Shown here one piece after another: positions 12,705-25,686 of a DNA stretch of 64,000 nt. The stretch is taken from positions 9,610,001 to 9,674,000 of the forward strand of contig JBHGNT010000006.1 of the NCBI GenBank assembly GCA_043228905.1, written 5' to 3'. Below the pieces are notes generated by a model, which saw only the letters and a list, made by a program, of their open reading frames with translations, was not told the origin of the DNA and did not search any database. Every line of letters starts with the position of its first letter. The first letter of the stretch is position 1. Source of the stretch: Azolla caroliniana (taxonomy: Eukaryota; Plantae; Polypodiophyta). Both the position numbers and the translations under genes were made by a program.

Positions 12705-14119
12705 TGCTGTTTGAAGCTGATATTAAGGCCAGCCATGAGAATGGCAACTGTTTGTATACAAAAGCCTGAATCACAATGTGTGATTTATGTTCCCCCAAAT
12801 GCAGAAGTTGTCTTATACTGTAAAATCTGAGAAAAATTAGGAGATTTCCCCTAGTGATGAAGTGAATGAGATGTCTTCTTCTGTTTCTTTTGTTGCTACT
12901 TGTCAAATATTTTGTTGTCGAGTTTCCTGAAATGTTAGGAAATCTAAAATGTGATTGGGTTTTTAATGACTTTCTTAATTATGAGTAGAGGATTCTGCAT
13001 GGGCATCCTCTAAAAGGGATATTGAGCAATGAGCATGGATAGCTTCTTTGAAAGTATTTGGCATGGCTTATGATCTGAAGAGAGCAGTACTTCATGGTCA
13101 CAACTAACACTATTGTCTCTCGAAAAGAGGAAAACAAAACCAATGTGATAGTTTAAAAGTTTAGTAAAAACAACAATACAATGGAGACCTAATGCTTTCC
13201 ACATAATGAGGAGGTTTATAGGGCTCAGAAGTCTGTGTAATGAGGTTATGTGAAAATCAGAAACAAGACAAAAGGAAAAAGAAAAGGTTTGTTCATTGCA
13301 CATGGTCGATAATTTTGTCTTATGGAGGGTATGGGTTTCAACCTCATTGATTCGGATGAGAGTGAAATGGATGGGCATTGGTTGACGGCCCTTTTGAATG
13401 CCAAGGACCAATCAATCCTATGGAGCCTTCTGATCTTTTTAACTTGTTTATTAATTTTAAACTCTTATTATAAATTCTTGGGCTGCCCATTTTCAACCCT
13501 AGTGTTGCGGAAGAAATATCATTGATATAAAAGCCACCTTTACGACACCCATTGTTCTTGTGTATGATCTCGTACAGTTGTTATGAATGGTTTCTAAGTA
13601 ATACTCATTAATTATTGTATTTCTCACATAGAGTTACATTAATTATTATGGTATATTAATTTAGTTATGAGTTAGGGGTTAATGCAGAGATTATTGCAAT
13701 CATAGTTAAACATAAAAGTCATTCAAATGATTAGTAATTTTAATAGCTTCATTAATGATATTTTGAATTTGATACTCTCAAAGTAGCACATCCATAGTAT
13801 TGATATTACCATTGAAAGAAGGGGTGTTGCTGACAGTTTGCCGTCATGACTTTGTAATGAATATATCATTAAAACTATTGCACAATATTTTAGATCTCCA
13901 TTGTTACAAATTGTCTTCTAATTGGATAATTGAATGTTTATATAATCTATAAGGACAGGGGTGTCTATATGATGCATCAAGTCAATGGCTTTTCATTTTG
14001 TGATTCAACAAATAATGTCTTCTCTTTATAAATTACTCTATTAGCTTTGCCCGTCCATGCACACACACATTTTGTGAGAACCATGCAAACTTTCATATGG
14101 AGTTTTGGATAAGCTATGT

Positions 14120-14316
14120 AATACTTGTGTGTCTTGTTAGAGCTTGATTGGCACTAGAGCAAGACAATTAGAGGCCGCTACAAGTTTTGCAACACGAGTG
14201 TTGAAAAGGCACACCAATATTGTGTGTCTTGTTAGAGCTTGATTGGCACTAGAGCAAGACAATTAGAGGCTGCTACGAGTTTTGCAACACATGAGTGTTG
14301 AAAAGGCACACCAATA
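14120..14316. repeat. ~95-bp tandem duplication
   Basis: tgtgtgtcttgttagagcttgattggcactagagcaag...gaaaaggcacaccaata occurs twice. Confidence 0.9.
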
Positions 14317-15658
14317 CGAGGAGCTATCTAAATTGGTCCACCAATTTGATTCGGCTTTATTAACTTGTGGCGACAATTGATCACGAGGAAAAACTTCCTC
14401 AAAGCAATTGCATATGCACCCATTTTGGTTCATGTTGATTGACCAAGCCCTTCATCTTCAAACCTATGGTTTTGGTCTTGGGACTCTGAAACTTCCCCAC
14501 AATGAGCATTTGCATCTACACTCATTTTGGCTCATATTGATTTGACTACGCCCTTCATCCTCGAAGATGATGCACCTTGTTTTTGGACTTGGGAATTTGA
14601 GTTTGCCATATCACTAACCAAAGATGATGAGCAACTACTTTTGATTGGATTTCGTTCTTGAAAGTTTGAAGTTGTGGAAATCAATTACAGGATTCATGAC
14701 AAATAGCTTCTAGTCATTGTGGATTACTATAATTAGTGGCGTCATATTTTGAGGGCTGTAATCATTATAACGGGTATGTCAAAACAACATTAGAGCGAAG
14801 GGTGTGTCTTGAAAAGTAGTTGGGCTTCAATTCCCCTAAAGAAGAGATGTATAATGCATATTGTGAAAGTGTTTTAAGAAGCTAAGCCATTGAACATTAG
14901 AAGAATATAAAGTATGGATAATTCACATTTGGAGGCTAAGAACACGAACCAAGACCTTAGGAAGAAGTCAAAAGTAAAAGTAAGAGACCAAAAGAAAAGT
15001 AAAAAGAGAAAAAGCGAACCATAAAAAATAGTAAAAAAGGAATAGTCATAACTCCGTTTTTCACCCAAATATTATGTTTAAATAGGGGTTAGAAAGCTTG
15101 TAAAGAGAGCTATCTATAGCGTTTTAAATCACTAAATTCAGAGCTCTAAGGAGGGAGATATGACGATTAGAAGGTCGTTGGGTCTTAGCTAAAAATAGGA
15201 GATAAAAAGCTTCTAAAAATAGCGTGAACGAGGAGGAAGAAGAAAATTATAAAAGAAGAAGTGGGGGAACCAATAGGGAGAGGATCCTAATAGAGGAGGA
15301 GGAGTCTTAGGAAGAGGTGTCTTAGTAGAAGAGGAAGGTCTTTGGTTTTAGTGGACTTTATCTCCTTTGTATTCTCTTGATAGTGGAATATGAGAACATT
15401 CTTATTTCTTACTCATTTTCTCAATCTTTTTTCTTAATTTCTTGAGTCATTCTCTCCAATTCGTAGATACCTTGATCTATATAATATATTATGATTCATA
15501 ACTCTATCTAATCAGTTTGGTGAAGCCCCCATATTGTGTATAACTATCCTTTGTCTTATACACGCTATCATTTTTGGCGCTGCAGGGAGGGCCGATCCTT
15601 TCCGTATAGGAGGAGAAGTTATCATTTAATTGTGTTAATATATTACATTAACTTTGCT

Positions 15659-17005
15659 ATGCAATTTGCATTTTCAGGTGAAAGAACACAAGATGCTGGT
15701 GCCTTTTTGGCATGCTTTGAGCATCATGCCATCTCTATTGGACGCATCACCGACAACGAAAAGTTGCCCTTGTTGGTAGCTACATTCTATGGTCGTGCTC
15801 GAGATTGGTATGACTCTCTTCCGCAAAATGAACAAGGAGAATATCAATTGTTGGTGCATCAATTTCGTACAAGATATATTCAATGGAAAAGTGCAACGGA
15901 AATCAGGGAAGAGTTTTTTCGACTAAAGATGGAATCACCTTTTGGTTTTATAGAGTATGAAAGAATTTTCCAAGAATTGTGGACGACGTGGATTCGTCTT
16001 CGTGGTGGCATTGAAGACGAATGGTTTAAGATAGAACAATTTAAGATGGGCCTTGATATGCATTCCCGTTTGGAGGCAAGCTTGAAGGATCCAACGACTT
16101 TTCAAGCTCTTCTCCAAGTTTGTCAAGATTATGATCGACGAGTGAAGATGATGAGTTCCATGGGGGATCCTCAAATGACGGCTTTGGGTGCAAATTTGAT
16201 GCCTCGTGCCAACTTTGAAGCCTCATCTTCAATTGTGCATGGTGGACAAGTGTTTCCAAATGTGTATACCACCACAACAATAAACCCAACAAGTATATCC
16301 CAAGAAGTGGAACAAGTGAAGAGTGAACAAGATACAATGGCATTGGTGAATGGGCGCTTTGATGAAGTGATGGCCCGCTTGCAACAATCCCAAGCAATTC
16401 GCAACACTATTCCCGATGGTGGTGGCTCTAGCGGGCATCAAGGTGTAATTTGTTATTCTTGTCAAGAGGAGGGACACATCTCAACAAGATGTCCTCATCG
16501 ACAACAAAGAGGTATGGAAAGAGACATGTATGAAGTGCAACGGAATGGACAACGACCTATCAACAATGGAGTCGAAGGAGGCCAATCCATAACACTTCAT
16601 ATGACTCAGGTTCCTACAATTCCTCATAATGTGAATCTTCTTAATTTTATTGATGATAGTGATAGTGCTTGTGAAGTAGCTCATGTGAAAAGGACAAGAG
16701 CCTCGCAAAAGGAGAAAGAAGTTGATGGAGAATCTAGTGCCTCGAGAGAAAAGAAGAAGTCTAAGGAGAATGAGGAAGGGGAGAAATTGAGAAGGAGACA
16801 CTCCAAATGGAAGATAAAGATGGAGGATATTCCTATGGGAGAAGGTGTAGAAGCTTTCAATCGGAAGCATGAATTGATATCGAGTGGACCAAGGATAACA
16901 TGGCCACAACTTCTCCAATTATCTCCCACATTACGAAAGGAGTGGGGAAAGCTTGCAAGTATTCACCAAAGTAGGAAGACCGTGCATTACGTGGGGATCA
17001 TGTGA
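15659..17005 (+). CDS. gag: Gag of element H
   Basis: Open frame from ATG 15659 with a retrotransposon capsid-like 'GRARDWYDSL' and zinc knuckle CYSCQEEGHISTRC. Confidence 0.8.
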   Translation: MQFAFSGERTQDAGAFLACFEHHAISIGRITDNEKLPLLVATFYGRARDWYDSLPQNEQGEYQLLVHQFRTRYIQWKSATEIREEFFRLKMESPFGFIEYERIFQELWTTWIRLRGGIEDEWFKIEQFKMGLDMHSRLEASLKDPTTFQALLQVCQDYDRRVKMMSSMGDPQMTALGANLMPRANFEASSSIVHGGQVFPNVYTTTTINPTSISQEVEQVKSEQDTMALVNGRFDEVMARLQQSQAIRNTIPDGGGSSGHQGVICYSCQEEGHISTRCPHRQQRGMERDMYEVQRNGQRPINNGVEGGQSITLHMTQVPTIPHNVNLLNFIDDSDSACEVAHVKRTRASQKEKEVDGESSASREKKKSKENEEGEKLRRRHSKWKIKMEDIPMGEGVEAFNRKHELISSGPRITWPQLLQLSPTLRKEWGKLASIHQSRKTVHYVGIM

Positions 17006-17754
17006 GTAGAAGATCGAAAGGACATATGTCCAACCATCCCGGTCTCCATCAAAGGGTTTCACATCAAAGATGCCTTGGCTGATAGTGGTGTTAAGGTAAA
17101 GCTTGATTTCTGAATTTGTAGTAAACAAAGTGGGAATTCCTATTAGTAGGTCATCTTCAGCAAGGGTGGTTGTAGTAGATAGTGGAGTGGTGCATTGGAC
17201 AAGCATAGTGGAGGATGTGTTCATCAAGTGTTTTGGGATAAGAGGAGAAGCTTGCAACAAATACCACATCAACTTGAAGGAAAGTGTATCAATTTCCCCA
17301 AAGCTTCGGCAATTGAGTGTTGAACAAAAGGAAGAATTTATGCAAGAGTTCAACGCATGGTTACAAGAAAGTTCCAATTATAAGATGGAAGATTTGAAGT
17401 GTGTCACCTATAGTTTTGGTTCCAAAGAAGAATGAGATCAATTTCAAACCCTTGAATGATTCGACCAAACGAGATCAAATTTCACTTCCTTTCCGAGATG
17501 AGATTGTAGATCAAATGGTCATTTATACAAAACAAGGTAGTGTGAACAATGTGTTGTGCCAAGAAGATGTGGATGATTCAAAGATCAACGTACTTCAAAA
17601 GATAATCATTCTAACAAGTCTCGAAGCTTTGAAGGTATTTGTGCAAAAGGTTCGCTCACTCAAAAGATTCATTCATATGTTGACATGCTTACTTTTATCA
17701 AGAGCTATGTATCCCATGGCCCTACTTGTGTATGGAGAGTTGACAAAGACATAA
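17006..17754 (+). pseudogene. Collapsed protease/RT remnants of element H
   Basis: Contains 'DALADSG' and 'SPIVLVPKKN..INFKPLNDSTKRDQISLPFRDEIVDQM'. No YxDD, RNase H or integrase is visible. Confidence 0.65.
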
Positions 17755-19197
17755 TAATTGTAGTAACCTCTTTCTTTGTGTTGACAAGGACAAAGATGGT
17801 GATGGCAATTGTCAATGTGCGTGTGCGTGCGTGTGCGTTTAGAAGTGTGAGTTTTTTTCCTACCGATTAGCGGGGGTTTTACTCACATCTTTTTATTTTA
17901 TTTTCTATTATATCTCTCTCATTGTCTATAGCCAAGAGATTGGCGAGAGAGCTTTCGTTTGTTAAGTACTACCGTTAAGTGCTTCGCCATAAATGGCTTA
18001 GCCTCTAGCGGGGGGGGGGGGGGCTAAATGTGAAAGTGTTTTTAGAAGCTAAGCCATTGAACATTAGAAGAATATAAAGTATGGATAATTCACATTTGGA
18101 GGCTAAGAACACGAACCAAGACCTTAGGAAGAAGTCAAAAGTAAAAGTAAGAGACCAAGAGAAAAGTAAAAAGAGAAAAAGCGGACCATACAGTAAAAAA
18201 GGAATAGTCATAACTCCTTCGTTTTTCACCCAAATATTATGTTTAAATAGGGATTAGAAAGCTTGTAAAGAGAGCTATCTATAGCATTTTAAATCACTAA
18301 ATTCGGAGCTCTAAGGAGGGAGATATGACGATTAGAAGGTCGTTGGGTCTTAACTAAAAATAGGATATAAAAAGCTTCTAAAAATAGCATGAACGAGGAA
18401 GAAGAAGAAAATTATAAAAGAAGAAGTGGGGGAACCAATAGGGAGAGGATCCTAATAGAGGAGGAGGAGTCTTAGGAAGAGGTGTCTTAGTAGAAGAGGA
18501 AGGTCTTTGGTTTTAGTGGACTTTATCTCCTTTGTATTCTCTTGATAGTGGAATATGAGAACATTCTTATTTCTTACTCATCTTCTCAATCTTTTTTCTT
18601 AATTTCTTGAGTCATTCTCTCCAATTTGTAGATACCTTGATCTATATAATATATTATGATTCATAACTCCATCTAATCGGTTTGGTGAAGCCCCCATATT
18701 GTGTATAACTATCCTTTGTCTTATACACGCTATCACATATAATTGGGTGCCACAAAAGAAAGAAAAGAAAGAAAAAGAAAAAGATCTTGTTCCTTAATGT
18801 TGAGCACTTGAAGTCGAAAAGAGTTTCCAGTAATGCAAGCAATGAATTCATATCATTGCTTCTATTGCCGCTATGTTGTGTCATTCAAATCAAGAGTGTT
18901 TGGTGACTTAAGGTGATTAGTTTCACCAAGATTAGTATCTTGTAATGCAAACAATGAATTCATATCATTGCTTCTATTGCCGCAATGTTGTGTCATTCAA
19001 ATAAAGAGTCTTTCATGACTTAAGATCATTTTTCATTGTCTTAGCAAACTTTTTAGCCCCCTCATAAGTGTTAGCCATGTAAAACCAAACTCTAAAAGGA
19101 GTGCAATTATGAAATGTATACCCTCTCTCTCTAAAGCATATAGTATTTTTAAATCATGTCATAGAGCACACACAAGAATCATATCTGATTCTTTACA

Positions 19198-20259
19198 TGG
19201 TATCAAAGCGATTTGGTAACTCGATCTAGACCACTCGCCTCATCGTGATCGCGTGTTGTGCTCTACGTCGACGTTCAAGAAGAACCGACTCATCATTATC
19301 ATAGTGCGACTACATAGCTCGTGTTCGAGAGAGAAGGAAAAGAAACGAAGGAAGAAATCTACATCGACAATGAATACTCAAATGGGGAGCGCTCTCCCTA
19401 GCGAGAAGTTGGATCACAACAACTTTGCATCTTGGGAGTACAAGATGCACCAATACCTTGTCGGCCAAGGCTATTGGAGCTACATCAAAGGAGCACAAGA
19501 AAATCGGCCTAACCCGAAAGACGCTGACTATGCAACGTGGGAGCAAGCGGCAAGCCGAGTGATGTATTGCTTGGCGACATGTGTTCACGACCACATGCTC
19601 GGGTACATTCGAGAAGCCAAGACGCCGAAGGAAGCATGGGAGAATCTACGAAAGATTTTCGCTGCCAACACTACCACGAGAAAGCTTCAACTCCGCCAAG
19701 AGTTGAATAATATCCAACCAAGGGATATGTCCGTCACGAGCTACACCTTGAAGATCAAGGAGCTTTGTGATTCACTCGCCTCAATAAGCGTAAATGTGGA
19801 GGATGACGAGATGGTGCAAGTATGTCTCGGTGGCCTTGCACCACAATTCGGTGCGATGAGGACCACCGTACTAGCACGAGAGAATCTGCCCTCCTTCTTC
19901 GATCTTCAGTCCATGTTATTGGTCGAAGAGAATCATGTTCGAATGAGGAGCAACGCCTCAGAAGGCCATATGCTCTACACGCATTCAAACAGAGGAGGAG
20001 GACGCGGCCGTGAAAGAAGAGGCCGATTCGGCCAAGGACGAGGCGGATGAGGCCTGACTTACGAAAACAACTCGCAATTTCGGCATCAAGATGGATGCCA
20101 TCGAGGAACCTTCGGAAGAAGGGGGAGCTTCCATTCCGGTCCGAACCGACAAAGATCGGTCAAATGCGGATATTGTGGAAAAATCGGCCACCATGAAGAA
20201 GAATGCCGGAAGAAGATACGCAAGTCAGCTTCCACTAGCCGACAACTCACCAACTACGC
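19198..20259 (+). mobile_element. Copia element I, 5' part: tRNA-iMet-type PBS and gag
   Basis: LTR end ttctttaCA followed by TGGTATCAAAGC. ORF 19253-20050 is a UBN2-type gag nearly identical to Copia K at 62.3 kb; zinc knuckle CGYCGKIGHHEEEC. Confidence 0.88.
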
Positions 20260-22397
20260 TGTCGTGAAGATCTGTCACTACGTGCGGATCGTGAGGCGGA
20301 ACCGCCGAGGTTCTGGACTGGAAGGACTCGAAGTTTGCACAAGCTTTAGCGAGAAAGGATTTAAGAAAGATTGAGATAAGATAAAACGCTTGACTTTAGA
20401 TTGAGAGAGAGGTTAAGATTGAACTCTTGACTTTAGATTTGAAGAACAAGATTGATACATCAATTGGATATCAAATTTCTTACTTTTAATTTCTTGATTA
20501 ATACATCAATTGGATAACGAATTTTCATCTTAATATTAAATTTGATATAAAGTACAAAGCTTGCTTGATAAAAATCCCCTTTCATCTTTTTCCTCTCCTC
20601 TTTTATAGATGCCCTCATGCATTTGAGGGTACAAGACATGCATAAAATGCATGTTTGCCATTTGGCGCTCATGTATTACATGTGGTGCATGATAACCACG
20701 TCACTCATTTTAGCTCTCATGTATGAGAATTTACCTGTAAAGTTATAATGATAAAAACATACTCTCTAAAGAAATGGTTTGGCGTAATGGTAAGCCTATT
20801 GCTTCCTTTCTTGGAGGTGTTAAGTTCAAGTCTTGTTTACATCTATTTCTTTTATGCACAAAATACTATTAGGCTTTTGGACCAAATATCTTAAAGGCAC
20901 CATGCACCGCGATCAACCGACCCGACTGATCCGTCCGATTTGCATCCGTTTGGTCCGGTCCAATCCGCATCCCGAGTCATTTGCCGGTCACCGGCCGGTC
21001 GTTGCTTGCCGTCGCCGGCTCCGAACTGGCTCACCGACTCCGTCGCCGGATGCCACTAGCTCATCTAGTCGCTGCTTGTCGTCACCAGCTCCGTATTGGC
21101 TCACCGGCTCCATCGCCGGTTCAAAATCGGCTCACCGGCTCCGATGCCGAATGCCGCCGGCTCACCAGCTCCATCGCCTATTCTGAACTGGCTCACCGGC
21201 TCCATTGCCAGATGCCGCCGGATGCCGTTCTCCGGCCACCGGATGCTGTCACAATCGCCGGTTTCGTCTGGTCACCAATTGCCGGATCCATTCGGTCACT
21301 GATTGCCGGCTCTATCCGGTTTCTAGTCCTGTTATCGACTGGTTTGAGTTTCTTCACCGGTTGGTTCATGCACTTAACCACATCCGGCGACTTAGCCACA
21401 TATGTCCATCTCAACAAAAGTGGCTCACGTGGAACTATTTTTTTTGTGCTCTTAACACATAGATGAAATATGATGGATCTCAATCTGCTTATATAGCTAG
21501 AGCCTAAACTTTCCTATCTATGTGGGATATTTCACAGTTTTCGTTTTCTCTTTTTCTTTTGCAAAACTTCAAACCCACATAAGTTGACACTTAGATGTCT
21601 GTTTCTTATGTAGTAAAGTGCATCTGAAAGCTCTTCAAGAACTCCATCTTCCCGCACCAAGATATTAAGCTAATATAAAATAATATCTTCACTATTATTG
21701 TTTTCGTACTCGATGTCACATGTTTTATGCAATTTTCATACCATTGCCGAAAATCTTCACGACATCCACCCCCAGCCAAACCGCATGTCCTTCGGTACGT
21801 GCCAAGAAGAGAGAATGTGAGATTTCGGCAATAGTGATCAGCATGACTCCTCAACGTCAAGCATGTCTGTTTCTTTGTACTCGAATCATTGTTGCCACTC
21901 AATCCACCATATCATTCATTTTTTCTTTGCTTTACCATGACTTGTTATCATGGCACCTGTCTCTCTTCTTGAGGATAATCGTTTAAGCCTCATGAATGTT
22001 CCACCTTCATCTCGGCCATCTCCTTGGTCACCTAACTTTCCTTTATCATCATTTCTCGTCTCATGCTTGCCTTTCCTTATCCTCACTAGCCTCGACCGGG
22101 TGTCGCGGCTCGTCTACTTCAACCTTCGTCTAGGCCGGTTCAACTTCTGTCTGTCTCGACCAATCAACTTCCGGCTTGGTCGGCCTTCGTCCGTATTCGC
22201 ATACGGCCGAATCGGACTCAGACGATTGACTTTCAACTGGGTCAATTTACATCCGGTTTTCGGTTGGGTCGGACCCGGTTGATCAACTCTCGTTCGGTTC
22301 GGCTTCCATTCGGGTCGGAATACCAACCTCGTCATCTTCCATCCGGATTGTATTCCGGTTCTTCCTTTCTTGCCACTATCTGGCTCTTCATTGAACT

Positions 22398-24349
22398 CTA
22401 TTGTAACTTTGTTTTTGGCGTCCTTGTTGGCCGCCGTTCCTCTTGATTTGTCAAGTCTTCTCTTGCCAGCACTAAGTACTTCATTTGTCCCACTCCCATT
22501 GGCATCGAGACCAGATCAACCATCCATTTGAAGTGTATGGTGAGCTGGTATGTCGGTCGTAGCTCATCACGATGACGTATGTTGGAATGTAGTTGGCAAG
22601 TTTTGGACGTGGACACGAAATGGAGTACATCTTTGTACATGCTTGGCCACTAGTACTTTTCCTTCAACTTTTCGAATGTTGCCCATGTTCCTCTATGACC
22701 TGCCCAGGCACTCTCGTGGAGTTCGGTCATTAGCGTCACTTGCTCTCGTGGAATTTGGTCATCAGCGTCACTTGCTCTTCTTTCTTCAACACCACTCGGC
22801 GTGGTATTCCCGTCCTCCTTTTTGGGTGTCGCCAAATGAAGCCTCCCTTCAAGAAGTAGCGATAAGCTTTCTTCCGGATTCGTAGAGCCTCCTCCTTTTT
22901 CAATGAAGCATCCGTCGTCATTGTTCTTAAGAATCTACCGATCGTAGACCCTCCTCCTTCGTACTCATCCTCGTTGAAGGCATGGAGGGTTAGTGTGTCC
23001 TTGTCTTCCGCCGATAATTGCGCCATCTTGAAGAAGTTGAGGGTGACATCTTCATCTTCCGAAACCATGTCACTTTCATTCTCAAATCTTGCCCTCGACA
23101 ACATGTCAACCATGGTGTTCTTCTTCCTTGCAATATGGCGGATCTCTGGGTTTAAAGATTTGATATAAGCGATCCACCTTAGCATAGCTAGATCTGGTGT
23201 CGCACATCCTGAGATCATCCTGAGGATTGGGAGACAATCTGTCTCGATTATTACTTCCGACCCGATCAAGTAGTCTTTGTCTGTCTTCACTACCGACACA
23301 ATACCCCAAAGTTCCCGCTTGACTTGAGCGTATCTTTGTTGTCGTTCGTTGAGAACCTTTGCTCCAAACCGGATGGCATACCGCGCATTATCTTCTCCTT
23401 CTTGGTTGATGACCCACCCGATTCCGGTTGGGCTCGTATCTATAGTTACATAAATTGGCCTCCCTTTGGTATAGTCGGCCTTTCTTAGTGCTGGAGCTTC
23501 AAGAAGTAGTTTCTTCAATCTTCGCATCACGTTCGTGTGGTTGTCTCGCCATTCGAACTTCATTCTTTGCTTTAGCAACCCCTATAAAGGCTCGACGACA
23601 TGGGCGTAGTGCGGAATCCAGATATGATAAAACGTGCATGCTCCAAGGAACCTTCGAACCTCCGTTTGGTTTACTCATTCTTCTTTCATATCTTGGATCG
23701 CGTTCACCTTGGATGGCGAAAGCTTCCGGCTGTATGCTCCACACAAGTGACCTACCACCAAGATCTTCGGTTGCCCTCAAGCGGATTTTCTCCCGAAAAT
23801 GTCAAATTCGCATCTTCGAGCCTTTGAAGCACCTTCTCGCAATCTTTCATATGATCCGCGACGAACTTTCTACACCCTTCCTTATCTTTCGATTCATCTT
23901 TCTCCTCATCCGAACATCCTTTTATCGTAATATCATCCAAGAATGGCATCGTGATGTTTGGGATACAATCCTTCAAGACTTTGTTCATATCATTCACCAT
24001 ATGAGCCACCGAGTTCGTTGCGCCTTGAGGTAAGGTACACATCCGCACAAGCCCGATCGGAGTCCTGATGGTTGTAATGTCACGACTGTCAATCGCCAAT
24101 TGGAATTGGTCATATCCGGAGTAGAGATCGCGAATGGAGTAGATGGACCAGCCCTTAAACGCCTCGGCAAATTCGTCCACGCTCGGACCGATTCCGGCAT
24201 TTCGAATTGTCACCTTGTTGACGGGTTTAAGATCTTGGATGAATCGCAATGATCCATTCTTCTTCGGCACCGTGAACCACCTATTGGAATAAGGAGCATT
24301 CGACGGTTTCAGAATTCCCATATTCACCTTCTCCTTTAAGAGCTCGATC
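22398..24349 (-). pseudogene. pol: Element B pol: RT, RNase H and truncated integrase
   Basis: Reads 'YSNRWFTVPKKNGSLRFIQDL...PFLDD', 'IDTSPTGIGW...RYAQVKRELWG' and the HHCC region 'GHRGTWATFEKLKEKY'. The integrase core is lost after 'AREDLTNQ' (~22443). A 32-bp duplication at 22711-22774 shifts the frame. Confidence 0.88.
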
Positions 24350-25104
24350 TGTTGGGAGACAGGTCCCTCCGGATGGGAAGGGAGAAGAACAGTGCTGATG
24401 AGCAAACTCGGCCTCGGCCGAAACCGGATGAGGAGTACCCGGCTACGGAGAGCCGGATGGTGCAGACCCGGTGAGAACCAGATGAGGAGTACCCGGCTAC
24501 GGAGAGCCGGATGGTGCAGACCCGGTGAGAACCGGATGAGGAGTACCCGACTATAGAGAGCCGGATGGTGCAGACCCAGTGAGAACCGGATGAGGAGTAC
24601 CCGGCTACGGAGAGCCGGATGGTGCAGACCCGGTGAAGAGTGTTCACCGGATGAAGAGACATATTCGTAAATATGTTTTCTGAGAGTCCATTGGGGCTAT
24701 ATTTGTAAATAGCCGGAAAGTCATATTAGTATAAATATGACTTAGGGCAAACTTATGGTGTTGTTGTCATTCTTGTTGGTGCAAGAAGAGAGAGCTCGTA
24801 ACAGTGTACAGAGAGTGAGAGAGAGGAAGAGGTCGTTGCCTCTGTTGTAACCGCCGCCTGTGGCGAAGGTCGTGAGCGCGAGGTCGTTGCCTCCGTGAGC
24901 TCACTATTGTAATCATTGTGATATAGTGATAGTTTGGAGTCTGTGGACTCCCGTGGTTTTTCCCTCTCAGGGTTTTCCACGTTAAACATCCTGTGTACTC
25001 TTCTCTCCTTTGTGTTGTGTGTTTTTCGTTTCCCGTTTTTTGTGTATGATTCTAAGCTCGGTTGTGGCCGAGCGTTGCGCATAGGGAGCGTGCAGTTCCT
25101 GACA
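24350..25104 (+). mobile_element. Solo LTR G (Copia, Tork/Tnt1-like U5) inserted in element B pol
   Basis: Runs TGTTGG to CTGACA with TSD CGATC. U5 motif cccgtggtttttccc...gggttttccacgt. The flanks rejoin as 'PKLIELLKEK'. Confidence 0.85.
24423..24636. repeat. 54-bp tandem repeat x4 in solo LTR G
   Basis: Unit accggatgaggagtacccggctacggagagccggatggtgcagacccggtgaga. Confidence 0.93.
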
Positions 25105-25611
25105 CGATCAACTTCGGTAGGTGTGCTCTCGGAACCGGTATCGGTTTCAAATTCCAACCATCGGCTCTATTGCCCTTGGATCAACACATCCGATTTCTTG
25201 TGGGAAAAATGTGAAAGCCTTCCCATGTCTCTCAAGTGTCAGGAATAGTACTAAAACAGAGATGGAATTAGTACTAAGAACAGCAGTACTATTAGTACTA
25301 AGAGGACGGGACTGCGTAAGATTCCCGAGAGAGGAAGTGAGAAGAGGAGAGAGAGAGAGAGAGAGAGATAGCGAGAATGAGAGAGATGATGACAGCAGCT
25401 ATATATTATGTGAAAAGATAAGTACAAGCGGCTAAGAGGCTTAAGACTGGCGTTGAACCAATTTGGTTCAAAACAATGCCTTGTGCCTCCTTTTATAGTG
25501 TTTTTAGGAATAATCTTGAAGCTTCTAGAATGTTCCAGAGAGATCTGGAATATACATCAATTTTCTATGATAAAGTACAAATGAAAATAATATCCTACAA
25601 AATACAATTCC

Positions 25612-25675
25612 TAATGTAATGGTAAGAGCTCGACCCATGTAGCATAAAGTCATGGGTTCGAGTCTTGCCATGACA
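25612..25675 (+). promoter_or_regulatory. tRNA-like A/B-box module at the U3 end of the F LTR (copy ending at 30920)
   Basis: TAATGTAATGGTAAG ... GGGTTCGAGTC, ending at the LTR terminus. Confidence 0.55.
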
Positions 25676-25686
25676 CTATCTCCCCC

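Larger units (their letters stand above)
14862..18735 (+). mobile_element. Non-autonomous Gypsy LTR element H (LTRs 14862-15570 and 18029-18735)
   Basis: Highly similar ~708-bp LTRs (TGTGAAAG...GCTATCA), TSD CATAT, PBS tggcgctgcagggagg at 15575 and a G-run PPT at 18010-18023. Confidence 0.93.

Noticed and set aside
18740-19197. Full 5' LTR boundary of Copia I
   Set aside because: Only the last ~30 nt resemble the K-family LTR end; no partner LTR or TSD is available to fix the start.
24423-24636. 54-bp (and 55-bp at 8493) repeats as a CRISPR-like array
   Set aside because: Head-to-tail tandem units with no unique spacers, in a eukaryotic LTR or intergenic context, with no cas genes.
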